Assembly (NCBI GenBank): GCA_016191875.1
Contig: JACPVG010000019.1
Coordinates: 58,020 to 90,019 of the forward strand
Direction: 5' to 3'
Length of the DNA stretch: 32,000 nucleotides
DNA from: Chloroflexota bacterium
GTDB taxonomy: Bacteria; Chloroflexota; Anaerolineae; Anaerolineales; UBA11579
Shown piece after piece: positions 1 to 8,273 of this stretch. A program made the translations under genes and the position numbers. A model generated the notes under the pieces. The model did no database searches and had not been told where the DNA came from. It worked only from the letters and a program-made list of their open reading frames with translations. The stretch's first letter is position 1. Each line of letters starts with the position of its first letter.

Positions 1-1272
1 CCAGGCCAGGTTGACATCGCCGCGGATGTGCTTGCTGCTCATCACGTCGTAGGCTCCGCCGTATGCCTTGCGGGTGATCACGGTCAGTTTGGGCACGGTG
101 GCCTCGCAATAGGCGTACAGGAGTTTGGCCCCGGAGCGGATAATGCCGGCATGTTCCTGCACCGTGCCGGGCATGAAGCCGGGCACGTCTTCAAGAGTGA
201 GAATGGGCAGGTTGAAGGAGTCGCAGAAGCGGATGAAGCGGGCGGCCTTCTCGGAGGCGTTGATATCCAGCACGCCGGCCAGCACAGCCGGCTGATTGGC
301 GATGATGCCGATGGCATGCCCACCCAGCCGGGCGAACCCGACCACGATGTTAGCGGCGTAGGCCTCCTGGATCTCGAAGAATTCCCGGTCGTCCACAATC
401 AGGCTGATGATCTCCTTCACGTCGTACGGTTTGCTGGGATCGTCAGGGATAATGGCGTCCAGGGCGGCCTCGCGGCGCAGCGGGTCGTCGCGGGTGGGTT
501 TGAAGGGCGGGTCTTCCATATTGTTTTGCGGCAGGAAGCCGAGCAGTTTGCGAATCATGTAGAGGGCGTCGGCTTCATTTTCGGCCGTCAGGTGGCACAC
601 GCCGCTCACTTCGGCATGCACGCTGGCGCCGCCCAGTTCCTCGAAGGAGACGTCTTCATGCGTAACCGCCTTGACCACTTCCGGCCCGGTCACGAACATA
701 TAGGATGAGTTCTTCACCATCAGGATGAAATCGGTGAGGGCCGGGGAATAGACCGCGCCCCCGGCGCAGGGTCCCATGATGGCCGATATCTGCGGGATGA
801 CGCCGGAGGCCAGCGTATTGCGCAGGAAGATATCGGCGTAGCCGCCCAAAGAGATCACGCCTTCCTGAATGCGCGCGCCGCCCGAATCGTTCAGGCCGAT
901 GATGGGCGCGCCGTTTTTCAACGCCATGTCCTGAATCTTGACGATCTTTTCCGCATGCACTTCGCCCAAGCTGCCGCCGAACACGGTGAAATCCTGGCTG
1001 TATACGTATACCAAGCGCCCGTCGATGGTGCCCCAGCCGGTCACCACGCTGTCTCCCAGGAACTTCTTGTCGTCTAGGCCGAAGTCGGTCGTGCGATGCG
1101 TGACGAAGGCGTCCAGTTCGCGGAACGAGCCCTTGTCCAGCAGCAGGTCGATGCGCTCGCGGGCGGTCAGCCGGCCGCGTTCGTGCTGGGCATCGATGCG
1201 CGCCTGCCCGCCGCCCAGCAGCCCCTCGGCGCGCCGCCGGCGCAGTTCCTCAATTCTGTTGTTTTCGCTCAT
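1..1272 (-). CDS. pccB: Acyl-CoA (propionyl/methylmalonyl-CoA) carboxyltransferase beta subunit; C-terminal end cut off by the window edge
   Basis: Absent from the ORF track because the frame runs off the left edge. Reverse-strand ATG at 1270-1272 with GGAG 6 nt upstream. My translation is [50 protein letters not shown]...[41 protein letters not shown]...[19 protein letters not shown]...[24 protein letters not shown]. These are textbook carboxyltransferase (PccB/MmdA/AccD5) motifs. The frame stays open to position 1. Confidence 0.9.
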   Translation of the reverse strand, partial: MSENNRIEELRRRRAEGLLGGGQARIDAQHERGRLTARERIDLLLDKGSFRELDAFVTHRTTDFGLDDKKFLGDSVVTGWGTIDGRLVYVYSQDFTVFGGSLGEVHAEKIVKIQDMALKNGAPIIGLNDSGGARIQEGVISLGGYADIFLRNTLASGVIPQISAIMGPCAGGAVYSPALTDFILMVKNSSYMFVTGPEVVKAVTHEDVSFEELGGASVHAEVSGVCHLTAENEADALYMIRKLLGFLPQNNMEDPPFKPTRDDPLRREAALDAIIPDDPSKPYDVKEIISLIVDDREFFEIQEAYAANIVVGFARLGGHAIGIIANQPAVLAGVLDINASEKAARFIRFCDSFNLPILTLEDVPGFMPGTVQEHAGIIRSGAKLLYAYCEATVPKLTVITRKAYGGAYDVMSSKHIRGDVNLAW

Positions 1273-1693
1273 GATTTGCTCCAAAAAAGGATCGCGCCTG
1301 AGGGCGCGTAAGAATCCAGGCCACCCATGTCAGGATGATCAAGGTGGCCGCCAGCGCAAAGGCCGTATTGGTTCCGGCCAGCGGGCTGGCGGAAAGCGCC
1401 AGCCGTTCCAGCCAGGCATAGGCCACGAACGCAACCGCGCCGGCGGCGGTCAGCCCGGCTGCCCACCTGCGTCCCAGCCACAGGCCGGTTCCGGCGGCCA
1501 GACCGCCGGCCCCCAGCAGCACACCGCTTAGAATCCACACGGCCGGGGGAAGCGAGAAGGCAAGATCGCCGAGGAAGGCCATTTGCCGCCAGGCGAAAAG
1601 GGCCCGGCCCAGCTGGCCCATCGCGATGATTAACACGAAGGCAGCCAGCCACGTTACGGAAGCCGGCCGCCGCTCAGGCAAGGCCAACCACAT
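1250..1693 (-). CDS. Small hypothetical integral membrane protein (about 4 TM helices)
   Basis: Track ORF 1250..1732. I prefer the internal ATG at 1691-1693 (MWLALPERR...) because the longer form overlaps the upstream gene further. The sequence has hydrophobic helices ([58 protein letters not shown]). No family recognised. Confidence 0.45.
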   Translation of the reverse strand: MWLALPERRPASVTWLAAFVLIIAMGQLGRALFAWRQMAFLGDLAFSLPPAVWILSGVLLGAGGLAAGTGLWLGRRWAAGLTAAGAVAFVAYAWLERLALSASPLAGTNTAFALAATLIILTWVAWILTRPQARSFFGANHERKQQN

Positions 1694-2168
1694 ACTGCTC
1701 CAGGTCCGGCTGGTGTTCCAGGTAATGCCCAAAGGTGTTGCCGCCGAGTAGACGGTAGGGCGAGCGGTCGTCCCATCCTTCGGGGGCGTGGTTGAGCTGC
1801 TTGTCGGAGAGCGTGCGCAGGTAGGCTTCCAGCCGGTGCAGGCTGGCTTCCCATTCCCGGCGCAGGAAGTCCAGCGGGAGGTCGCGGTGGGCGGCGAACA
1901 CCTGGGCGTTCAAGGCGTTGAAATCGTCCAGCGCGGGGACAACGCCCCCGGCCTGCATCAGCATGACGCGCGTCATAGCGTAGCCCTCCCACCACAGGAT
2001 GTGGCCCATCAGGTCCTTCACCGACCAGTCGTCCTGCGGGCCGGGACGCCGGGTTATCTGCTCGTCGGAAAGGTCCGCCCACAAGGCGGCGAATTCCGCC
2101 CGGCCGCGCCGCATGGTCAGAATAAATTCATCAACGGGCATGGACTTGGGGTATTCGGGGTCTGCCAT
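1674..2168 (-). CDS. DinB/ClbS-like four-helix-bundle protein
   Basis: 164-aa ORF with AGGAGGAG just upstream of the ATG at 2166-2168. The pattern WSVKDLMGHILWWEGY...GNTFGHYLEH, with spaced His residues, is typical of DinB/ClbS-type bundles. This is a family-level call only. Confidence 0.6.
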   Translation of the reverse strand: MADPEYPKSMPVDEFILTMRRGRAEFAALWADLSDEQITRRPGPQDDWSVKDLMGHILWWEGYAMTRVMLMQAGGVVPALDDFNALNAQVFAAHRDLPLDFLRREWEASLHRLEAYLRTLSDKQLNHAPEGWDDRSPYRLLGGNTFGHYLEHQPDLEQYVVGLA

Positions 2169-2187
2169 CGGTCTCCTCCTGAGGTCG

Positions 2188-3219
2188 TCAGGGAATGTCG
2201 AGGGTGATCTTGCCCATCTGCTCGCCCTGAGCCAACCGCTGCTGGGCGGCGGCGGCTTCCGCCAGGGGAAAGGTCATGTCCATCACGGGTTTGAGTGCCC
2301 CGGCGAAGACGAGGCCCATGACCGTACGGAAATCGGCATGGGTGCCCATCGTTGAACCGATGATGCTCAGGTGTTTGCCGAACATGTAGCGGTTGTCGAA
2401 CTCGAATTTGGGCGCGCCGGTGTTGCCGACGGTGAGCAGACGGCCGCCTTTGCGGAGGGCGCGCAGGCTGTGGGCGTAGGTTGTGCCCACGTTGTCGACC
2501 ACAACATCGACGCCCTGTCTGTCGGTCAGCTGGAAGACGGCCCTGGACCAATCCTCTTCCTGTGAGCGGTCGATGAGGCTGTCTGCGCCCAGCGACTCGG
2601 CCAGGTCCAACTTGGCGCGCCCGGAACCGACCACGTACACCTGCGCGCCAGCCAGTTTCGCCACTTGGATGCAGGCTGTGTTGACCCCACCGGAAGCCCC
2701 TACCACCAGCAGTTTCTCGCCGGCGCGCAGGTTTCCCCGGACGATGAGCGAGTGCCAGGCCGTAAGGAAGACGAGCGCGGCCGCCGCGGCGGCATGCGGG
2801 TCGAAGTCTGCTGGAATCGGCAGGGCGTTACGGGCCGGGACGGCGACGTATTCGGCGTAGGTGCCACGAATCGTTTCGCCAAGCAGGTTCCAGTTGCGGC
2901 ACTGGTTGTCCAACCCGGCCAGGCAGAATTCGCAGGTGCTGTCGCTCAGGTTGCCGTTGATGACCACGGGCGTGCCAATTTCCGGAGCGGTTACGCCTGC
3001 ACCAAGGGCGACGACCGTGCCGGCGCCATCCGCTCCGGGGATGTGCGGATATTCGAGTTTGAGTCCCGGCCAGCCCTCCCGCACCAAGATATCCACCCGG
3101 TTGAGGGCCGCGGCGCGCGACCGCACCAGCACCTGCCCCGGCCCAGGTTCAGGGGTTGGGAATTCTGCCAGCTTCAATTTTTCGGGACCGCCGTGCTCGT
3201 CCAGCAGGATGGCTTTCAT
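2188..3219 (-). CDS. Zinc-type alcohol dehydrogenase / quinone oxidoreductase (MDR superfamily)
   Basis: Track ORF 2188..3324. The likely true start is the ATG at 3217-3219 (MKAILLDEHGGPEKLKL...), preceded by GGAGA. It has a GroES-like N-terminal region (GADGAGTVVALG) and a Rossmann motif (LLVVGASGGVNTACIQVAKLAGAQV). Confidence 0.85.
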   Translation of the reverse strand: MKAILLDEHGGPEKLKLAEFPTPEPGPGQVLVRSRAAALNRVDILVREGWPGLKLEYPHIPGADGAGTVVALGAGVTAPEIGTPVVINGNLSDSTCEFCLAGLDNQCRNWNLLGETIRGTYAEYVAVPARNALPIPADFDPHAAAAAALVFLTAWHSLIVRGNLRAGEKLLVVGASGGVNTACIQVAKLAGAQVYVVGSGRAKLDLAESLGADSLIDRSQEEDWSRAVFQLTDRQGVDVVVDNVGTTYAHSLRALRKGGRLLTVGNTGAPKFEFDNRYMFGKHLSIIGSTMGTHADFRTVMGLVFAGALKPVMDMTFPLAEAAAAQQRLAQGEQMGKITLDIP

Positions 3220-3278
3220 GGGCTGATCTCCGCAGGCATTATAACTGGCGCACGGCATACAGGTTGTATGGCGGTAAA

Positions 3279-3692
3279 ATGGAAGAAACCCTGTGTTCTT
3301 TCTGGAGTCAACCCGTGACCGCATCCTTCCTGCACGCCCGCCTCGCCAACACTGCTGGCCTGTACTTCCTGCTCATCGCCCTGTGGGGCTTCTGGCGTTT
3401 TTTCCGTAAGCAGGGCATCGACCCGGCTTACCGCGGCGCGCTGCTGGTGGGCGAGCTGCTGGTCATCTTCCAGGCGCTGCTGGGAGGTTATCTGTGGATC
3501 GCCGGACTGCGACCGGCGCGCGTCATCCACCTCCTGTATGGCATTCTGATCCCGGCGGTCATCCCGATTGCTTTTACCTATACGAAAGGGCGCGAAGGAC
3601 GCGCCGAGATCCTCATCCATGCCACAGCGCTTCTCATTGGGGTGGGTCTGGTCATGCGGGCATCTTTCACTGGCGAACTGGCGCTGCCGTAA
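3279..3692 (+). CDS. Hypothetical membrane protein (about 4 TM helices) upstream of the bc operon
   Basis: Track ORF 3156..3692 overlaps the divergent MDR gene. The internal ATG at 3279 (MEETLCSF...) or the GTG at 3315 is more plausible. Hydrophobic helices include GLYFLLIALWGFW, LLVGELLVIFQALLGGYLWIA, LLYGILIPAVIPIAF and ALLIGVGLVM. Confidence 0.45.
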   Translation: MEETLCSFWSQPVTASFLHARLANTAGLYFLLIALWGFWRFFRKQGIDPAYRGALLVGELLVIFQALLGGYLWIAGLRPARVIHLLYGILIPAVIPIAFTYTKGREGRAEILIHATALLIGVGLVMRASFTGELALP

Positions 3693-3837
3693 GCCATAGC
3701 CAGGAGCATCTGGGCGCGGTTTCTGCCTGCTGTTTCCGGGGCGCGGCCGACTTTGGGCAGCCTAGCCGTCTCCACATCCATTAGCGGGGCTAATCCATCC
3801 CAAAAAGGCGAATCGGTCAAATCTAATCGGAATTGGC

Positions 3838-3866
3838 TTGTTTCTAAAAATCTCTTGTGATAGAAT
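3838..3866 (+). promoter_or_regulatory. Candidate sigma-70-type promoter of the Rieske/cyt b operon
   Basis: TTGTTT (3838-3843), 17-nt spacer, TAGAAT (3861-3866), with an extended -10 TG at 3858-3859. It lies in a locally AT-rich stretch. GAGGAG at 3893-3898 precedes the ATG at 3907. Confidence 0.45.
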
Positions 3867-3906
3867 CCGCAATGCTTTTCCCAGACCAAGATGAGGAGTA
3901 GTTGGC

Positions 3907-4482
3907 ATGAGTGAAGCAACGGCTTCAAACGATCCAATCGGCGCGCAAGATGAACAGTTGGCCGTGAACCGCCGGGAGTTCTTGAACCTGGCTTGGCTTG
4001 CTTCGCTGGGCTTCCTCACACTTGAGGTCAGCGGGTTCACGATTGCGTTTGCCTACCCGCGTTTCAAGGAAGGCGAATTTGGCGGCATCTTTACCTATGG
4101 CCCAGTTGCTGACCTGCCGGAAGTGAATACTTCCCCGTTGAACTATCCCAAGGTCAAATTCTGGTTGTCTCACACGGAAGAGGGCATCTATGCTCTGTAC
4201 AAAGTATGCCCGCATCTGGGCTGCCTCTACGGTTGGAGCGACCAGGAATTCAAGTTCATCTGCCCCTGCCACGGCTCGCAATACGAGTACAACGGCACCT
4301 ACATCCAGGGACCAGCGCCGCGCAGCCTGGATCGCTTTGTCATTCGTATTGTCGACGGGCAGACCGGCGAGGAGCTGGCCGTAACGCCGGATGATGGCGG
4401 GCCGGTAGCCGTGCCTGACAACCCCAACGCTGTCATCCGCGTCGACACCGGCGCTAAGATCATCGGCGAGGTCCACGACTGA
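3907..4482 (+). CDS. Rieske [2Fe-2S] subunit of a cytochrome bc/b6f-type complex
   Basis: Cluster boxes CPHLGC and CPCHGS are present. The N-terminus is twin-arginine-like with a membrane anchor (NRREFLNLAWLASLGFLTL). The cytochrome b gene follows immediately. Confidence 0.92.
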   Translation: MSEATASNDPIGAQDEQLAVNRREFLNLAWLASLGFLTLEVSGFTIAFAYPRFKEGEFGGIFTYGPVADLPEVNTSPLNYPKVKFWLSHTEEGIYALYKVCPHLGCLYGWSDQEFKFICPCHGSQYEYNGTYIQGPAPRSLDRFVIRIVDGQTGEELAVTPDDGGPVAVPDNPNAVIRVDTGAKIIGEVHD

Positions 4483-4537
4483 TTGCCTGGCCAGGGCAGC
4501 CCCCTGACCCTTCCAAAACATCTGGAGAGTCGAGAAG

Positions 4538-6280
4538 ATGCTAAACTCACTGCGTCAACGCCTCAGTAACATCCCGCGCGGCGAGGATCTGCGCAACCGC
4601 ATCCGCACGCTGATCGACGACCGTGTGCGCATCATCACCGCCGGGCTGTCGATCCGCGAATTGCGGGCGGTGCTGCGCGGCGACCCACCGACGGAGAAGC
4701 CCAACCCGCGTTACAAGGTCATCACTACATCCTTCATCGCTCATCTGCGCCCGCGCTACTATCCGCAGGGGTCCACCTGGTTCACCCATACGTTCCGCCT
4801 GGGCTGGTTCACGACTTTCTTCTTCATGGTCGAACTGATCACCGGCCTGGTGCTGATGGTTTACTACGTCCCGTTCCCGGACCAGGCGTACGGCTCGATT
4901 CTCGAGATCGAAAGCAATGTGTTCCTGGGCGAATTGTGGCGCGACCTGCACCGACTAGGCGCCGAGGCGATGGTGCTGTTCACCTGGCTACACCTATTCC
5001 GCACGTATTTCACCGGCTCCTACAAGGGCGCCCGCACCTTCACCTGGCTCACTGGCGTGCTCCTGCTTGCCATCACGGCCTGGCTGTCTTTCACAGGCTA
5101 CCTGCTCACCTGGGACCAACTAGGTTACTGGGCCATCACGGTCGGTTCGAGCATGGCAGAAGCTGGCCCGGTCTTCGGACCGGCCACCAACCTCATCCTG
5201 CGCGGCGCACCGGATATCGGGGTGGGCGGCCTGTTACGTTTCTACCTCAACCACGTCGTACTCTTCCCGCTGGTGGCGATCCTCTTCATCAGCATCCACT
5301 ATTACAAAGTCTCGCGCGAACACGGCATCTCCCTTCCGGCAGCCATCGAGGAAGGCGATGTAAACGACAACAAGAAAAAAGAAGCCAACCGCCGCGTTGA
5401 CCTCATCCCCGACCTGCTGACCCACGAGATCTTCCTGGTGAGCGTGGGCATCCTGGCGCTGCTGCTGATCCTGTACTTTGACCTGTTCAACTCCCCGCTT
5501 GAAACCCACGCCAATCCGCAGGCCACGCCGCTGGATACGAAAGCGCCGTGGTATTTCTGGTGGCTGCAGGGTCTGCTCAAGATCGACCCGGCCAAGATCA
5601 TCGAAAACCTGGTCAATCCGATTCTGGCCCTTCCGCTCCTTAAACCGCTCGGTTTGCCGCCGCTGGAACTCAGCCGCCTGCTGAACTCGAAGTTCATCAT
5701 GGGCCTGATCGTCCCGCCGGTTGTGGTGGGCATCCTGTTTGTCATTCCCTACATCGACCGCAACCCCGCCCGCCTGGCACGCAAACGTCCATTTGCCATC
5801 CTGTGGGGCATCGCCTGGATCTTCATTCTACTGGCGCTCTCCTACATGGGACTGCCGCAGTTCGGCATCGAGACCCCGGCCGCCACACGCGTGATCCAGG
5901 ACTTGGCCCCGGAAGAGGGCATGGGCATCTTGCGGGAGACGCCCTATGAAGAGTTGCTGCCGGGCATCTACACTGTGGGCGAAACCGATCCTGACGGCAT
6001 TTGCCCCAGCGATTTCTCCTATAGAAACCGGGAGACCGGGGAAGAAGTGATCGGCTGCCCGCATCTGACGGAAGTGTTCGCCCAGTTCTCGGAAGGCCTG
6101 CTCAGGGCCGAAGAAGAGGGCCGTCTTCCGGACTTACATGCCACCATGCTCATCGAGCAGTTCGGCCCGGAACTCATCCGCGTCGAATTGGATGTGATCT
6201 GGACCGACCCGGAAACCGGGGCTACGAAGATTTATGCGAAACACTACTTCCTGCATGAAGACCGCTCGCTGGAAGAGTAA
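4538..6280 (+). CDS. Cytochrome b (fused b6-like core plus subunit-IV-like part) with a long soluble C-terminal extension
   Basis: Helix B reads HRLGAEAMVLFTWLH (13 residues between the His). Helix D reads HVVLFPLVAILFISIH (14 residues between the His, the b6/Firmicute-type spacing). The Qo-site region KAPWYFWWLQ lies in the subunit-IV-like part. GGAGAG sits upstream of the ATG. Confidence 0.9.
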   Translation: MLNSLRQRLSNIPRGEDLRNRIRTLIDDRVRIITAGLSIRELRAVLRGDPPTEKPNPRYKVITTSFIAHLRPRYYPQGSTWFTHTFRLGWFTTFFFMVELITGLVLMVYYVPFPDQAYGSILEIESNVFLGELWRDLHRLGAEAMVLFTWLHLFRTYFTGSYKGARTFTWLTGVLLLAITAWLSFTGYLLTWDQLGYWAITVGSSMAEAGPVFGPATNLILRGAPDIGVGGLLRFYLNHVVLFPLVAILFISIHYYKVSREHGISLPAAIEEGDVNDNKKKEANRRVDLIPDLLTHEIFLVSVGILALLLILYFDLFNSPLETHANPQATPLDTKAPWYFWWLQGLLKIDPAKIIENLVNPILALPLLKPLGLPPLELSRLLNSKFIMGLIVPPVVVGILFVIPYIDRNPARLARKRPFAILWGIAWIFILLALSYMGLPQFGIETPAATRVIQDLAPEEGMGILRETPYEELLPGIYTVGETDPDGICPSDFSYRNRETGEEVIGCPHLTEVFAQFSEGLLRAEEEGRLPDLHATMLIEQFGPELIRVELDVIWTDPETGATKIYAKHYFLHEDRSLEE

Positions 6281-6298
6281 CCGAGGAGCGCAAGGACA

Positions 6299-7108
6299 AT
6301 GAAACGAATCCATCTTGAGATTGCCCTCGGCACGATCTTCATCATCTTGAGTTCGGTGGTGTTGATCGTGATGGCCGCCGAAGAACCCGGCCGCCTGGCG
6401 CGCTTCGAAGTCGAACAGCGCGCCGAGCAGATCGAGTTCGGGGCGGCGGTGTTCGAGATCAACTGCACCTCATGCCACGGCTCGCATGCCCAGGGCATCC
6501 CCGGCAAGGCGCCGTGCCTGCGCTGCCCGGAACTGTTCGCCTCGCGCCTGGCAGAGGTGGGCTGGCCGGGTAGCCTGGAAGACTACATCGTCTCGGTGGT
6601 GAGCACGGGACGCCAAGTCAGCACGCGCCCGGCCCTGTATCAGGGCGAGGGAAAGGGCCCGCCCGTGATGCCCACCTGGTCCGAGCGCTTTGGCGGGCCG
6701 TTGCGCGACGACCAGATTCGGGCTGTGGCCGCTTTCATCGTCAACTTCCAGGGCTGGGCGGAGAATCCGGAGGTCGTTCCCACTCCGCTGGTGGCCGTGG
6801 ATATAAACGATCCGGTGTCGCTCGGGCGAGTGGCCTTCGTCCAGTACGGGTGTATCGGCTGTCATGCCATCGATGGGCTCAGCCAGGCGACAACCGGCCC
6901 GGCGTTGGACGGCGTGGCAACCCGCGCCGAAACGCGCACAGGTTACGAATCCGCTGAGGACTACATCCGCACGTCCATCCTCAACCCGGGCGAATTCGTG
7001 GTTGAAGGATTTGGCGATGGAATCATGCCGACTAACTTCAGCGAGCTCATCTCCGAAGCCGACCTGGAAAACCTGGTGTTGTTCCTGCTCTCGCTCACCG
7101 AGCCTTAG
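6299..7108 (+). CDS. Membrane-anchored dihaem c-type cytochrome
   Basis: Two CxxCH motifs (CTSCHG, CIGCHA), each followed by a candidate Met ligand (PVMPTW, GIMPTNF). N-terminal TM helix IALGTIFIILSSVVLIVMAA. GAGGAG lies 10 nt upstream. Confidence 0.88.
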   Translation: MKRIHLEIALGTIFIILSSVVLIVMAAEEPGRLARFEVEQRAEQIEFGAAVFEINCTSCHGSHAQGIPGKAPCLRCPELFASRLAEVGWPGSLEDYIVSVVSTGRQVSTRPALYQGEGKGPPVMPTWSERFGGPLRDDQIRAVAAFIVNFQGWAENPEVVPTPLVAVDINDPVSLGRVAFVQYGCIGCHAIDGLSQATTGPALDGVATRAETRTGYESAEDYIRTSILNPGEFVVEGFGDGIMPTNFSELISEADLENLVLFLLSLTEP

Positions 7109-7204
7109 CCGCGACGGACCTGCCAATGATACCAGCCCCTCCGCCCAGCTCGGGCGAGGGGCTGTTTCTTTGCGGATGATATACTTGCAAATCGAGGCTG
7201 TATC

Positions 7205-8104
7205 ATGCAGAAACATCTCGCCAACCTAGCCGTGCTCCTGTCCGTGATCGCGCTGGGCGCCGCGGCCGCCTGGCAGGAGCCGCCCGCCGGCGACCCGGTG
7301 GTCGGTGCTCACATCTACGATGCCTGGTACAACGTTCAGGACGTGGCCCCACCTGCCGGGGACCACCCGCTGTGGCGCACACAGACGAACAACAAGCGCA
7401 GTGGGACGGTCACCTGGCGCTGCGTGATCTGCCACGGCTGGGACTACAAGGGCGCCGCCGGGATCTACGGGCCCGGGAGCGACGAGTACACTGGGTTTCC
7501 CGGCGTGATCGGCGTGGTGGGTTCCTCGGAGGCCGATATCCGCGCCTGGCTGGATGGCACCCGCAACCCGAATCACAATTTTGCCCGATACCTTGCCCCC
7601 GGCTACGTCAACGACCTGATCACATTCCTGCGTACCCGGCTGGTCAACACCGACCTGCTGGTCAACCCCGCCAGTGGCGCCGCGCTCGGCAATACCAGCC
7701 GCGGTGGGGTGCTGTATGCCAGAGACTGCATCGAATGCCACGGCCCGGAAGGGGCAGCGGTGAATTTCGGCAGCGCCAATGCCCCTGTGTTCCTGGCCGA
7801 CCTGGCGATAGCCAACCCCTGGCGACTGATCCACAAGAGCCGCTTCGGGCAGGCGCTTTCCACAACGCCCGCCGCTGAACAGATCGGCTGGACCTTGCAA
7901 GACGTGGCGGACTTCACCGCCTATGCCCAAACGCTCCCGCCAGCAAAACCCGGCATCACATTCAACCCTGAAGCCGCCGGTCCGGACTACGAACAGCAGG
8001 GCGATACCACGCCGATTGTGATTGGAGGCATCGTCATCCTGGGGGTCGTGCTGGGCGCAATGATGATAAGCCGGGCGCGCGAACAACTGGAGCCCGCTGG
8101 ATGA
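7205..8104 (+). CDS. Second dihaem c-type cytochrome with signal peptide and C-terminal TM anchor
   Basis: Two CxxCH motifs (CVICHG, CIECHG). N-terminal signal MQKHLANLAVLLSVIALGAAAAW. C-terminal helix IVIGGIVILGVVLGAMMI. Confidence 0.85.
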   Translation: MQKHLANLAVLLSVIALGAAAAWQEPPAGDPVVGAHIYDAWYNVQDVAPPAGDHPLWRTQTNNKRSGTVTWRCVICHGWDYKGAAGIYGPGSDEYTGFPGVIGVVGSSEADIRAWLDGTRNPNHNFARYLAPGYVNDLITFLRTRLVNTDLLVNPASGAALGNTSRGGVLYARDCIECHGPEGAAVNFGSANAPVFLADLAIANPWRLIHKSRFGQALSTTPAAEQIGWTLQDVADFTAYAQTLPPAKPGITFNPEAAGPDYEQQGDTTPIVIGGIVILGVVLGAMMISRAREQLEPAG

Positions 8105-8110
8105 GCGCTA

Positions 8111-8139
8111 TTGACATGCATTCTCTCCTACGGTATCCT
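8111..8139 (+). promoter_or_regulatory. Promoter of the SRP RNA gene
   Basis: Perfect TTGACA (8111-8116), 17-nt spacer, TATCCT (8134-8139). The predicted transcription start at about 8146 coincides with the base of the SRP RNA helix. Confidence 0.6.
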
Positions 8140-8143
8140 ACTC

Positions 8144-8257
8144 GCCGCCTAGGCGGGTCCGGCGCGGCAAGGCCTTGTGAACCTCGTCAGATCCGAAAGG
8201 AAGCAGCGATAAGCAGGTCGCCTTGGGTGCCGCCGGGTTGCCTGCCTGGGCATTTTT
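8144..8257 (+). ncRNA. ffs: Signal recognition particle RNA (small bacterial 4.5S type); ends approximate
   Basis: GUCAGAUCCGAAAGGAAGCAGCGAUAAGCAGG (8187-8217) matches the universally conserved domain IV core of E. coli 4.5S RNA (GUCAGGUCCGGAAGGAAGCAGCCAAGGCAG), with a GAAA tetraloop at 8195-8198. The flanking arms (8144-8186 and 8207-8251) fold into one long imperfect hairpin. TTTTT follows at 8253-8257. Confidence 0.85.
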
Positions 8258-8273
8258 CCAGCCCTTTGCAGCA

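Noticed and set aside
28-708. Long ORFs antisense to, or out of frame with, recognisable genes. Examples are 28..708(+), 3925..4521(-), 7226..8086(-), 8841..9617(-), 9521..10294(-), 13334..14077(-), 16033..16698(-), 16566..17462(-), 17751..18323(-), 20587..21402(+), 21613..22340(+) and 28520..29206(+).
   Set aside because: These are shadow ORFs, typical of high-GC DNA. Their translations are Arg/Gly/Ala/Pro-rich with no motifs. Each lies opposite or overlapping a gene whose product has clear family signatures.
8140-8260. A structured region directly upstream of a cell-wall hydrolase-like (G5/3D domain) gene. My first thought was a cyclic-di-AMP (ydaO-type) riboswitch, which often precedes such genes.
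   Set aside because: The conserved core GUCAGAUCCGAAAGGAAGCAGC and the single long hairpin match SRP (4.5S) RNA, not the ydaO pseudo-two-fold architecture. It also has its own promoter and a U-tract.
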